A stretch of 64,000 nucleotides of DNA, from the NCBI GenBank assembly GCA_964016885.1, contig OZ024740.1, positions 263,996,001 through 264,060,000 of the forward strand, read 5' to 3'. This document shows, in pieces, positions 29,155 through 44,559 of the stretch (the stretch's first letter is position 1; the number at the start of each line of letters is the position of its first letter). Under the pieces are notes generated by a model that was given only the letters and a program-made list of their open reading frames with translations, ran no database searches and had not been told where the DNA came from. Made by a program: the position numbers and the translations under genes. The DNA is from Eledone cirrhosa. Lineage: Eukaryota.

Positions 29155-32100
29155 CAGTGGTCGCCAACATGGGTTCCGCGGAACATTGGGGTTCCGTAAA
29201 ACAAACTCCGGGTTCCTTAAAAAAATAAATATTTACATTACCATTAATATTTTGGGTTTTCTGTAAAAGGTGCAAACAAAATGCCAAAGGTGCAATGTAT
29301 AAATGAACAAGTACTATTGTAGTGTACATAGGTTCTCCACTCCAATTCGTGGAAAACACTACTTTCAGTTTCTCACTTGAATTAGCAGAAAAACACTGTT
29401 CTGAGATTCGTGGAAATTGAATACTTTCAATTTCACACCAATTCTTGGAAAGACATAGTTTTCTGAATTTCGATAATTTGACTACTACTGATAATACACT
29501 AATTGAACTTAGAAATTGACCAATCACGAACAAGTAAATGTTGGTCGATGACAGCATAACTTTAAACTGAAAACTTCAGTTCAGCGAGGTCTCTCAGCCA
29601 AGAAGCAGGGTCAGTTCGCTGTTCTCACAACGTAAGTTCAGTAGAATGTTTTCAATAGAGAACACGTTTTAATCTGCTGCCCTCACAAAAGCTTTAAAGT
29701 CGTCTAAAGTTTCCTCACTGAGTGAACTCGCTTACTAGTCGTTTTCAACATGCATCCAGTTCCACAGACAATTCTAAATAAGAACACGTTACATTCTGTT
29801 GTACTTTGCACAGAAAATATAACGCCTGTAAAGTTTTGACTACTAACAAAGGTAATTTTGTATTCCATGCATACACTATAAACTTTGCCACACAATTATG
29901 TATTCATTTGATGAAATATATTTACATTACCAATAATATTTAATACGACCCTAAAGTAGTATATGCAGGAAGTGCTGGACTCTGAAAAAAATTTCTTCTA
30001 GTTGTTCCTAAATTTGCACCTTTTTCAGTAACCCCTAATATTTTAATATTATTATAAGACTTTAAATAATATGTTTGCCATCCTAAAATGGAGAAATTTC
30101 AATTTTTAAAAATTAAAATTTTTTTTAACTAGTTATGTTTTTCCAAATATCTAAAATTAAAGTTAATTTAAGAACTTTTTGTAATTAAAAAAACTGTTAA
30201 TTTCTCATATTAAAAATGTTAACTGTAGATAAATAACATTGATATGATGTCTACTGCAAAGAAGCTGAAGTTAGATACCAGCAGTAAGGTTAGCCAGTGG
30301 TGTGATGATTATGTTAGATATGGATTTCAAAACGCTGACACTAAAAAAGATACACCAGATCAGCCCATGTATTTGCTATGTTCAAAAGTTCTATCAAATA
30401 GCTGTTTAAATCCTGCAAAACTTAAAAGACACATTGATACTAATCACACCAATGATAAAAACGAGTCACTGGAATACTTTACTTCGCTGAAAAACAACAT
30501 AAACAAATCACAAGCTAATATGTATGACTTGTTTTGTAAAAAGTCAGATAGAAATAAAGCTTTAACAAGAATATCTTTTCAGATTTCACATTTGATTGGT
30601 AAAAACAAGAAACCATTTACATTAGGAGAACAGTTAATTCTGCCAAGTATACAAATTGCTACAGAGAATCTTTTTGAAAGCTGCAGTATTAAGGACAAAG
30701 AAAAATTAAGCCATTTACCATTGTCAGCAAATACCGTAAAAAAAGGGATAATTGATATTTCTTCTGATATAGAAAATCAGATACTAACTGCACTAAAGAA
30801 AAGCCCATGTTTTGGACTGCAAGTGGACGAAACTACGGATATTAATAACAAGGCTCAATTAATTTGCTATGTACGGTTTGTAGACCTTGATAAAAAATAA
30901 TTAGTAGAAGATTATTTGTTTTGTCTGGCATTCGACATCACAACTAGGGGTCAAGATATATTCAATAAAATTGAAGAGTATTTTTTTTAAAATGGTGTAT
31001 CTTGGAGCAAGTTGACTTCAATAACAACAGGTGGTGCAGCTGCAATGACTGGTAAAAATTCTGGTTTGATTGCAAAAATTAAAGAACAGACCCCAAATTG
31101 TATTTCAAATCATTGTATGATTCATCGAGAGGTTTTGTGTTAAAAAAAATTCAAAGACAGAGATGCTCAAATATTAAATGACCAGCTGAAAGACATTGTC
31201 AAAATTATCAATTTGATCCATGCAAGAGCAAAACATTCTAGAATGTTTGAATCTATTTGTGAATCCTCTGGAAGTAATTATAATAGATTGTTATTGAACA
31301 ATGATGTGCGTTGGCTGTCTTTTGGGGATGCTATGAAGAGAGTTTTTGAACTGAGAGAAGAAATAATAGTTTTTCTAAAACAAACAGAATGATGAAAGAG
31401 CAAGTGTATTAGAAACCAATGAATGGAATGTGCAACTCGCTTATTTAGTAGACATTTTTGGTGAACTGAACAAACTAAATAAGTGTATTCAGGGTAACAA
31501 TGCAGATATTTTTACTTCAATCAATTTTATTACATATTTTCAATCAAAATTAAACATCTTTATAAAAAGGATTGAATCGGACATTTACTTTCAAACCTTG
31601 TAATAGAGCTTAAAAAGAGAGAAAAGTTTGACTCCAGCAATCTAAAGAAGATTATTCTTTCTCATTTAAATGTGCTTCCCACAGGTTTTTCAGATTATTT
31701 TGATGGAAAAAGATATTGTTAGCGGAAATTTATGGATAAAAAACCCGTTCACCGAGATCGAGCAGTTAGAGTCAGAAAATGACGCTGGAAATTGTAAAAA
31801 TTTACTAACTGCCCAATGCTTACATCAGTTGATGGATTTGAATTCAAACGAAGACCTGAAAGTGATATTCGAAAGCAGAAAGAAAGAACTATGGATCGAC
31901 TTATTCTTGATTGGGGAGTTTAATGAAATCAGCCAACTTGCATTGAAGTATTTGACTTTATTCCCATCTAGCTATTTCTGCGAAAAAAAGTTTTCGCAGT
32001 TGGTGGAAATCTGCACGAAGAAGAGGAATAAACTGCCAGCAATTGACGAGTGTATGAGACTGGCAATAACTAGTGTTGAACCTCGATTTTCTAAACTCAC

Positions 32101-32275
32101 TGATGAGGCGCAGCAGCAGAAAAGCCATTGTGTTCGATTACATACACACGCATGAAACACTAAAATAAATAAATACTTTATTATTTTTTTTTTAAAGTTT
32201 TGTATTGTATAGGTTCCGTGAAGAATTCAAAATATTTAGAGGGTTCCTCGGTTTTAGAAAGGTTGGCGACCACTG
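29155..32275 (+). mobile_element. Complete hAT DNA transposon, Buster/Charlie type
   Basis: TIRs CAGTGGTCGCCAAC / GTTGGCGACCACTG. 8-bp TSD CCATAAAG at 29147-29154 and 32276-32283 (nnnTAnnn). Subterminal ggttcc repeats. Confidence 0.95.
30244..32155 (+). pseudogene. hAT (Buster/ZBED8-like) transposase, disrupted by stops and frameshifts
   Basis: YVRYGF, PAKLKRH, KKPFTLGEQLILP, PLSANTV, FGLQVDETTD, HCMIHRE, VRWLS, LAYLVDIF, FPSSYFCEKKFS, KKRNKL. Confidence 0.92.
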
Positions 32276-32419
32276 CCATAAAGTATGTCCATAGAATCAT
32301 TTGATAATATATATATATTTAAAACGGATGTGAGATATGGATTTCAAAACAAAGTCTAGAACAATTGAAAGCGACGCTGAAATAAAATAACGGACGTAAT
32401 GTAAAAGGGAGGATAATAA

Positions 32420-32476
<57 letters not shown>

Positions 32477-33029
32477 CATACATTTATAAGCACATACCCA
32501 CGCTCACACTTATACACACACTTACACATACGTACATGTAAACATACATATATACATATATATACAAATACATACATACATGCGCAATTACACTTACACA
32601 TGCGTACACATACGTATACATGTACACATGCATGCACACACACACATATGGATATATATACACACACACATATATATATATATATACACGCACACATACA
32701 AACATACATGCATATATGTACACACAAGCACACACACATATATATGAATACATATACACACACACATATATAAACACATATACAATTTACCATACACACA
32801 GTTACAATTACGTCGATATAGTTATCTGGTTGATTGAGAAGTCAAGAAAATATTAAAAATAGGATTAAAAATAAAATAAAGTTAAAAATAAAAATGAACG
32901 GGCACGCGGCGTATCTATACCAAGCCAACATAATAAAAAATGGATGCAACCCATTATGCCGTGTATGTAAAAATCAAACATATAATCAATGTGCAGTCCT
33001 ATAGCTCCAAGTGAAACAGGCATGACAGA

Positions 33030-33664
33030 GCTGCACAATACATACATTGGATAATGTGTAAGCATTTTGACCTGCCCCATCAAAAGAATTGGTCGTAGCA
33101 TGAAACACCACCTATACTTGAAAACGATCACATCTCAATCTTGTGGAACTTTAGCATCCAAACAGACCGAAAAATAGTTGCAAATAGACCTGATATAATA
33201 TTGATGGACTTTAAAAAGAGGGTATGCCTGCTAATTGATATGTCCGTCCCAATAGACAAGAATATTTCTATAAAAACATTTGAAAAATAGAGCAAGTATA
33301 ACGACGTGGAGATAGAAATTGGAAAAATGTGGAAACTGAGAACTAAAATAATACCGGTGGTTGTAGGCCCTCTAGGGATGATACCTAAGTGGTCTAGTGA
33401 TTACTTATCGCAAATCCCGGGAAACCCGCGTATAGGAGAAATACAAAAGAAAGATAGTACTAATGGGAACTGCCCATATACTAAGGAAGATTCTGTCAAT
33501 ATAAGTACATCACAAGTCTAAACACCTAAAGATGCATGTGTGTGTATTTATGTTCTTTCTTGAACATGGTGGATCTTGTTGTCTCTTGAGGTCACTGGTT
33601 GTGACTCGGTGATAACTCGTATGAACATAAAGCAAGATAAATGCCACTATAATAATAATAATAA
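33030..33664 (+). mobile_element. 3' fragment of a second R4/Dong-like RLE family with a (TAA)n tail
   Basis: ENDHISILWNFSIQTDR..ANRPDIILMD....CLLIDMSVP.D...KY...IIPVVVGPLG. taa repeats at ~33647-33664. Confidence 0.8.
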
Positions 33665-33832
33665 TATATATACTTATATATACACTATATATAATTATAA
33701 ACAGGAAAGTTCAGTAATTCATTACTACATTATTACCAGTAAGAACAATAGCTCAATGTAAATACATCAGATGTTTTACAGAGCCAGAATATAAATTACA
33801 GAATAATCAAAACTATGTTCAACACATTTTAT

Positions 33833-33879
33833 TGCTGACAATCGTTTCTTCCAAACTTTCGTTTGGATTTATCGGAGCA
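33833..33879 (-). ncRNA. Degenerate hammerhead motif
   Basis: tgct-CCGATAA-a-tccaaac[gaaa]gtttgga-a-GAAAC-gatt-GTC-agca. The stems are intact but the core has two substitutions. Confidence 0.55.
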
Positions 33880-34179
33880 CTAGCAAAATTTAGACATATA
33901 ATTAACCTCCTATTCCACAGAACAATTGTAAAGATACGTAGTTGTTAGTGTTGTCATTAATAGTGTCATATTTAAAGAGTGAAGATGACGTGGTCAGTAT
34001 CAGTGGATGCGACAACAATTATGAAAGAATAATACAACAATTATAGAGGTAAAAATCTGATTTTCTATTTAAGCGATTTAGCTTAGAAAAGATTAGAAAA
34101 GAGGTTACATTTAATGGCATACCGTAGATTTTTTGATGAGAACCAATTTATGCCATTAAATGTAAAGGATGCAATGAAG

Positions 34180-36012
<1,833 letters not shown>

Positions 36013-36239
36013 TAAAATAACAGATTAAAGTTTAAGCAAAGAATCGGTGGTTTCACCCTTAACGGTATCTTCTGAAACTAACAAAGTCAATCTGGAAACG
36101 CAGAAGTGAATATTTCAAAAAACGTTGCAACAGGAGGAACACAGGAAAACGATACTTTGGTTCTTGGAAATGTTCCCTGGCAAGAACGGGAAAAAACGAA
36201 TATAATACGTCATTAATTGGAGCGGTGAAAATCAATTAC

Positions 36240-36321
<82 letters not shown>

Positions 36322-38172
36322 AACGTTCTATTTAAAGTTGTTGGGATACAACAAGTAAATCTTTTTATAACTGATTAAGTAATTTTAAAGTAATTTTTAA
36401 GCAATTTTTATAACTAATTGATTAAGTAATTTTAGTTAATATATGGAACCTGTCGATAAATCATTAGATTCCTTCACCTTTTTCTTTTTAAACTTTCTTC
36501 CTAAATATAAACAAGGATATAATAAACTACTCTAAAATGTCTATACTTCCAACGTATTAAATAAAATTTACGTAAGGTAAATTGCTATACTAAATATAAG
36601 GTTATCTGTAGAATCATCGGGTTTTTTAAATCTTTTAAATTATTTTTATTTATTTGTTTTGATTATGATAGCTTCTCATAACTTTCATAAGTCTACCCTG
36701 TCAATATCTTGATTGAGATATACGTAGGATAAATTTCTATACTAAATATATAAAACATATTATTTTAACTTATGATACTCTATAGTGTTTTAAAGATATT
36801 TAATGCTTTGATATTTCTAGATCTCTTTGGACTATAATGATATAGTTGCATTTCCAAAATATATTCCTTTGGTATCTTAAATTTATATGGTTATGGTTAT
36901 GTTTACAAGTTATAATCCTTTAGTAATATATTGATATTTGATTATCTCTATACAAATGCATATGTGTGTATTAACATGCATAAAAAGTGTTATAGGTTTT
37001 TTTTTTTTTGTGTCTATATATATCTGTATATATGCATGAGTGATGCGTGAGGACGCACGCAAATATTTATTTATACATATGTATGTGTATATATGTATGC
37101 GTATATATCTATGTGGTTGAGAGGTATGTTGCAGATATGCATAATATTAAACGCATGATTGGTAATCGTATATATGAATACATGAATGTTGATCGTATAT
37201 ATTTGTATATATATACTATGGAATTTTTATAACACAAGGAGTGTATAGCAGTGATTAAGAGAAATCATTTACGTTCTATATGGCTATATTGTTGGCTTGA
37301 GTAAACATAATTTCTATTTTCAGGACGTGCGTATCTATATATATATATATACATATATATGTGTATGTCTTTGCATAAAATACTGATCTCTATAGCAAGG
37401 GTAGATTTTGAACTCAGATTTTGGTATATTGATCTCAATTTTCTAAACTAAACATATAGTCATTATTGAACAATGTGTAATTTCTCATATTATATATCTA
37501 TGTCCCATTCATGAATATTGATACTAATATTTTCATTATTCATTTCATATAAATTGTTAACTCAACCTAATACGACATGACGTAAAGTTTTAAATTGTCC
37601 CCCCCCCCTCTCTCTATATAGTATTTCTCTCTCTTGAGTTTTTCTTTCTGTATGATGACTTGATATCTCTCTGTTGCTTTCCTTTGTTTTTCTTATTTCT
37701 TCCTTTTGTTTCTTTTTTATTTTCTATTTTTTTTTCATTTTTTTATTTTTTAATTTTTTATTTTTTATTTTTATTTTTTCATTTTTCATTTTTCATTTTT
37801 CATTTTTCATTTTTCATTTTTCATTTTTTATTTTTATTTATTTTTATTTATTTTTTTTATTTATTTTTTTTTTTTTATTATATTTTTTTTTTTATTTCCT
37901 CCTATCTTTATTTATCTCTTTCTTTTCTCCATACATTTCTCTCTCCTATATTTCTCCAGGTTTTCTTTCTCTCTCTTTTTCTTTCTCTCTCTCCGTCTTT
38001 GTTCGTTTCTCTCTCTCCGTCTTTTTTCTTTTTCTTTTCTAATTGTGCTTAACACTATGCACTATGACTTATCAAAACAATATAAACAAATCACTATCCA
38101 GACAGCCTCCAAAAGTAATGGTTGTATTTTAAAAGGGTACGTCAAAGCTATTTGTAAAAGTGTTATATATTG

Positions 38173-38240
38173 TATTTTATCTGATGAAGGCATACCATAA
38201 TTTAATGTGGTATCCCTGAAAATTGTATAATGACATAAAT
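38173..38240 (+). ncRNA. Hammerhead motif (family of 47391)
   Basis: tattttat-CTGATGA-agg-cataccata...tgtggtat-ccct-GAAA-attgta-TA. The 3' strand of stem I is partly decayed. Confidence 0.55.
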
Positions 38241-38273
38241 ATGGTTTTATAAATATAGTTTCCATTTATTAAT

Positions 38274-38317
<44 letters not shown>

Positions 38318-38419
38318 TTTGTAGGTAAATATATATATATATATATATATAATTTTCTTTGTAGGTAAATATATATATTTCTTTGTAGGTAAATATATAT
38401 ATTTACCTACTTATTTACC

Positions 38420-39319
38420 TAATCCCCCCCCTAAAACTAACCACAATAACAGGAAAAGGAAAATTATTTGGTTTACACCCCCCTTCTCTCTAACTGTCAA
38501 AACTAATGTAGGAAGGAAATTCCTTGAACTCTTAGACAAACATTTTGCTCCTAATCATAGATATTATAAGATATTTAATAGGAACGTAGTTAAGATAAGC
38601 TACTCTTGTTGTCCATCTATGAAGTCCAAGATCACCAGTTCAAACCATACGAGAACAAATCCAGGATGCAGTTGCAGGAAGCCGGATGAATGCCCATTGC
38701 AGGGTAAATGTAACAGCAAATCTGTTGTTTATGAGGCTAAAATAACACCGGTAATCAACAACCAGCCAGCCAGGAGTGAGCGATAAGTCGGTATGACCCA
38801 GGACAGGTTTAAAACCAGATTTTACTCCCATGTCGCTTCTTTTAAGCACTCCGATAAACGAACATCAACGGCCCTCGCAAGTAAGGTGTGGGACTTCAAA
38901 GATACTAACATCCCGTACTCTATCGATTGGTCTATCTTAGATCATTCGAGGGAGTACCAAAGGAGCACAAAGAATTGTTCTTTGTGTACCACAGAAAAAT
39001 ATAGGATTTTGCTAAACTTGAGAGCCACTTCCGCTTGCCTTAACTCAAAGACTGAGATCTTCAGGTGCTGTCCTCATCTGAAATCACATCTGATCTGTAA
39101 CTGGATTGACACTCCTATGATAAATCAACCGCCTTGAACTCCCTCTCTGCTCTTTACTTCTGCTAAGGTTTTTTTTTATTTTGCTGAATCAACGTTCTGT
39201 ACTCTTGTATATTTTTTCTCCCTATCTCCCCTTACATTTCACTTTTTCATATGTCCCCCCCCCCGTTATATTCTTTTTGCCTTACACTTCACATACCTAT
39301 GTGTATGTGTATGTATGTT

Positions 39320-39358
<39 letters not shown>

Positions 39359-39500
39359 GTATGTATGTGTGTGTATATATATGTATATGTAGATGGACCA
39401 GGTTTTTTTCATTCTGAGGATTGAAGGCAACATTTTTTTTGCTTTTAAGAAACCACTGGTGAATGGAATAATTGCCTTATGTTGCTTATTACTTTACTAC
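38420..39500 (+). mobile_element. 3' fragment of a Naiad-like PLE (linker + GIY-YIG) with an HHR-bearing 3' UTR
   Basis: RKRKIIWFTPPFS..VKTNVGRKFL..LDKHF...KIFNRN.VKISYSC, FKTRFYSH..SF, CSLCTTEKY, LNSKTE...CPH. HHR motif at 39408-39468, where the cleavage triplet reads GTG. Confidence 0.85.
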
Positions 39501-39754
39501 TATATATATGTATATGTAAGGTTCATATGAATTATCTAAGATTTAGTTTTACACACACACATATATATGTATATATGTATATATATATATATGTGTGTAT
39601 GTTTGTGTGTTTGTATTTGGTTGTGCGTGTTTATGATATGTACGTATTTGTATGTGTAAAATTGTATAGCTAGGTATGTATGTGTGTGTGTATGTATACA
39701 TATATATGTGTGTGTGTATGTGTGTGTGTGTGTATTTATATATATCTATATATC

Positions 39755-39787
<33 letters not shown>

Positions 39788-40339
39788 GTGTGCATATGTG
39801 TGTGTATAACTGTATACGTGTGTGTGTGCCTGTTTGTATATGTATTTGTTTATGCGTATGTGTATGTGTTTATGTTTTTGAATATGTATATTTATGTGTG
39901 AGAGTGTGTGTATGTATTTACTATTTCGTACGTATGTATACGTGCATTTGTGTGTATTAATTACCACGCGTGTCTGTTTATCTACCCGTCGCTTGTATCG
40001 CTGTCAACTCTATACTAATCTTTATTATTATTTTATTTCTTTATATATATTTTTTCTTATATTTATTTGCGTGTGTGAATATGTAGAGGAATGTATATTT
40101 TTCTAATTTTGTACATGTATATGTACGCATTTATGTATGTGTATGTATGTACGTGTGTATATAGGTATGATTGTATGCATGTATGTATATGTATGTGTGT
40201 ATGGCTATGTTTGTGTGTGTGTATGCATGTACATATATATAAAGGAACGATCGACTTTCGTCAAATCGGACCGAGGGAACAATGTTTCCGTTGGTCTTTC
40301 CAATTGCTAATACTATCTATCGGTCGCAACTCCAGGTAG

Positions 40340-40459
40340 AAGGAGCAACGTGAAATAAAGTGTCTTGCTCAAGGACATAACGCATCGCCTGGTCCAGAAA
40401 TCGAACTTACAACCTTACTATTGCGAATCCAATTATCTAACCACTCAGCCACACGCCTT

Positions 40460-40460
<1 letters not shown>
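40340..40460 (-). mobile_element. tRNA-derived SINE head with a CORE-like segment
   Basis: Reverse complement reads aggcgtgtggctgagtggttaga...gttcgatttctggacc...gtccttgagcaagacactttatttcac. Confidence 0.7.
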
Positions 40461-40511
<51 letters not shown>

Positions 40512-40521
40512 TACATGTGTG

Positions 40522-40552
<31 letters not shown>

Positions 40553-40904
40553 GTATGTATGTGTGTATATATGTTTGTGTGGGTGTATATATGTATGTTT
40601 ATGTATGGATGTGTTGATATTTATGTGCGTATGTATGTATGTGTATATGTATGTGTATGTGTGTATTTATATGCACATATATGTGTGTATATATGTGTGT
40701 GTGTATGTATGAGTGTATGTATATATATATATGTGTGTGTCTGTATGTATGCTTTTGTGTGTATGTGTGTGCGTGTTAGTATGTGTGTTTGCATGTGTGG
40801 TTTTATTTTATTTTTCCTTTCTTTCTTCTTTCTCGAGCCTCACTTTAATATAGATTGCATTTTTGTTTTTTAAAATCCAAATTCAATAAACTGATCATGA
40901 TTTT

Positions 40905-40965
40905 TTTCATTCTGAGGATTGAAAGCAAAATCTTTTGCTTTTAAGAAACCACTGGTAAATGGAAT
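40905..40965 (+). ncRNA. Canonical-looking type I hammerhead ribozyme
   Basis: ttcatt-CTGAGGA-ttgaaagcaaaa[tc]ttttgcttttaa-GAAA-cc[act]gg-TA-aatgga. All core positions and three stems are present. Confidence 0.85.
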
Positions 40966-40989
40966 AATTGGCTTATGTTGTTTATTACA

Positions 40990-41080
<91 letters not shown>

Positions 41081-41146
41081 AATGGTAGCTATGATGCTTC
41101 CATAGGCGGTATGCCAGTTGAGCACTCTATGTTCTTACAGAGTGTG

Positions 41147-41477
41147 ATATAATATAAAACGGAACATCAGTGATGCATCTGGACTAAGTTTATTGTGTGT
41201 TACAATTGTATAGATAGCTCGAGACACGATCATACAACGATCGTGTCTCGAGCTATCTGTCGGCGAAACAATTATAACACACAACAAACTGAGTCCAGAT
41301 GCACCACTGATTTTTCGTTTTATATTATATATATATATATATATATGTATACACACAATTATATTACACTGGCAGCATAAGTGTAACTATGTATACTTCT
41401 TGAGTGATTGTATTTAACATTGCGAGAGTTACGAGTTAGACTGTCCATTCCATACTTTGGTAAATTACTACTTATCG

Positions 41478-41515
<38 letters not shown>

Positions 41516-41689
41516 AAACGAAAAATCAGTGGTGCATCTGAACTCAGTTTATTGTGTGTTATAATTGTTTCGCCGACAGATAGCTCGAGACACGATCGTT
41601 GTATGATCGTGTCTCGAGCTATCTATACAATTGTAACACACAATAAACTTAGTCCAGATGCATCACTGATGTTTCGTTTTATATTATAT
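41147..41689. repeat. Two inverted copies (41147-41330, 41506-41689) of a ~185-bp internally palindromic module
   Basis: Central hairpin agatagctcgagacacgatc[7 nt]gatcgtgtctcgagctatct with long complementary arms. Confidence 0.9.
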
Positions 41690-41755
41690 CACACTCTGTA
41701 AGAACATAGAGTGCTCAACTGGCATACCGCCTATGGAAGCTTCATAGCTAACATT

Positions 41756-41839
<84 letters not shown>

Positions 41840-41866
41840 GTGTAATAAACACCATAAGATATTTAA

Positions 41867-41930
41867 TTCATTTACCAATGTTTTCTTGAAGAGCTTGACA
41901 CTTATGTCTGTCATCATTCATCAGAATAAA
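41867..41930 (-). ncRNA. Hammerhead motif (family of 40905)
   Basis: Reverse complement reads tttatt-CTGATGA-...gaca[taag]tgtc...-GAAA-acattgg-TA-aatgaa. Confidence 0.6.
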
Positions 41931-41981
41931 AATGTATATAGAGCACTCTCTCTTCGTTTACGTTTCCTACAGAAATACTTC

Positions 41982-42044
<63 letters not shown>

Positions 42045-42342
42045 TGTGCCTATGTGTATATATATATATTTATATGTATATACATACTTACATATATATA
42101 TGTATATATAAACGTGTGTGTGTGTGTGTGTGTAAGATAACAATATATCGTTTAAGGTAATCCAATGAAGCCATTGTTAATACTTTTAATAAACCCTATA
42201 GTACAGCCGACCACCCACATTATTCTTCACTGTTATTATATATTTATATATATCAACTGCAACTAACTGATAATCTTTATAACTTCTATTTTCTGTCAGA
42301 TACGAAACTGATAATGTGTATTGGATATAATTATATATCCAA

Positions 42343-42530
42343 TAGGGCGGTGGATTGGCAGTGTCGGTAGAGGGTCGGACGCCATGCGTTCCAGCATAGT
42401 TACGTCCCTTTACGATCTGAGTTCAAATCCCGCCGAGGTAGACTTTGCCTTTCATCCTTACGGGGTCGATAAAATAAAGTACCAGTAATGCACTGGATAA
42501 TTGCTGGCCTTGTGCCTAAAGTAGAAATAA
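42343..42530 (+). mobile_element. tRNA-derived SINE
   Basis: Same family as 9929. Perfect TSD ataattatatatccaatag. Confidence 0.85.
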
Positions 42531-44265
42531 TTATATATCCAATAGAGTATGTATTTCGAAACAAAATACTTAGGTATTTTAGATGATAAATCTTCATGGA
42601 AACCAGCTTAGCTATATACAATATCAATCTTGAATTCATAAACTTTTGAATGAATTTTAACTATATGAAAACATCGATTGATGTTGACTGTCAGTTTATA
42701 CACATTAATACATATATACACTAATACACACTAATACATATGTAAAAAGGATTTGAAAGAACAAATCGTAACGATCGTTGTTAATGACAGCTGGAGCGTT
42801 AGACATACCGTCTTGGGTTTTGGCGATATAGGAATTGAAGGAAACATACTATCATCAATATACTTCTTTCTTTTGATCATCATTATGTAAGAATGCGGCG
42901 GCCATACGAGTCATAATACAATTACTCTCTCTGTTTACTATGCTTGTTTCGTGCAGCAAACAGGCTACTTTTTATACAATATTATAATTATCATTTCATG
43001 TTTTCGTTTTTGCTTCACTTCGATGTTTCTCTTTCTCAGACCCTGAATGTTTCCTGTATACCTCTCCTCTCCCTATATCTATCACGCAGCCATCTTTCTC
43101 CCCTATCCTCTTGATTTTAGCCATCAATTGTTCCCACTACTAGAGAGTTAAGTTTCTTACATAAATATTATCTTCATTCTACTACAATAGTGTTAGTTGT
43201 ATATTGCCCATCAGTAAAAACGATTTTAAATTCCAGCATCCCACTGACATATCTAGCAAACAATCTATGTTTTCGATACTTCTGTTACTGAAGCTTCACC
43301 GGACAATAGGACACACTAATTCTTTACTTTCTTTTGCTCAACCCTTTCCTGTGGTAATGTACGCCGTGGATTCCCCAAGAGATCATGTCTGTTACAAAGA
43401 ATGCAAACCAATCTGCATCTGTTATTTTGTAGATCTGAGATAACATGCTTCCAGGCGTGTCCAGCTTTTATGTAACAGTGTATTCCCAATGCTTATGACA
43501 TTAATTTTCTGAACATTTTGTTTTTCAGACATCTCTGTACTTAATGTATTGCAGCTGTTCTAAACAAGAGAGAGAAACCCGAAGCTATAAGTACTGATTT
43601 CTGCATCAAAGATACAGAATTGATAACCAGAAGCATTATTGTAATAGTGTATTTCATTCTTCCGTTTTCTTGTAAATTATAGCAACATTTTCTCGGGTTT
43701 TCTCATTAGAGGAACACAGAAGAACATCTGGAGGAAAGTTAAAAAGATTTTCAGTAAGCGAATATTCATTTCTCTTTGTATATACAAGTATAAATTTTGC
43801 ACGCTTCTATATAAATGCATTTTAACATGACGTTTAGTTTTACGTGGCAGCATTGTGTACTATCATTATCGCTTGCATGATGTGTTAGGCTATGTAATTT
43901 CATGACTTATTGTTCTGAGTTCACTTCTTCGATTAGACGCAAAAGAGTAGACGGATTATTTTCTGATATGTGAAAAAGACATAGACGGTAAATTATACGA
44001 AGACATTCGGAAATATTTTAATTCCTATAAGAAATTAATATTATTATATTATTCTACTAGAAACAATTATTCTACAAATAACAATGTATATAACATAACA
44101 CTATTTAACTTATGTTTCTCCCGTTTTGTGACTAAATACAATATAAATGTATCCTTTCTTTCTCTATACACCTGCACAAATATATATGCACACAGCCATA
44201 TATATATATATATATATGTTATAGAATGCTGTTAGCTTCTCGCTAAAACAATCTCTATACCTCTC

Positions 44266-44328
<63 letters not shown>

Positions 44329-44344
44329 CATATATATACATACA

Positions 44345-44379
<35 letters not shown>

Positions 44380-44559
44380 CGTACACTTGAAGGATATGTG
44401 AGAATATGTTTCGGGTCCAGTTATGGTCAACACTGTATTGTGGTGGATCCTCTTCAAAACTGGCCTCCCATCGGGCGCTCATACAAAATTACGAAAGGTC
44501 ATTGTTTTCCTTGACATTTTATCTATGGGTATCCTGCAAATACATAGAAACATACGTAT

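Noticed and set aside
37660-38052. Phe-rich membrane protein ORFs (also 14252..14581)
   Set aside because: Poly-pyrimidine, T-rich low-complexity DNA.
42780-43760. Possible ancient LINE relic or exon
   Set aside because: Only faint hints (a KAGHA-like stretch on the minus strand) and no sustained reading frame.
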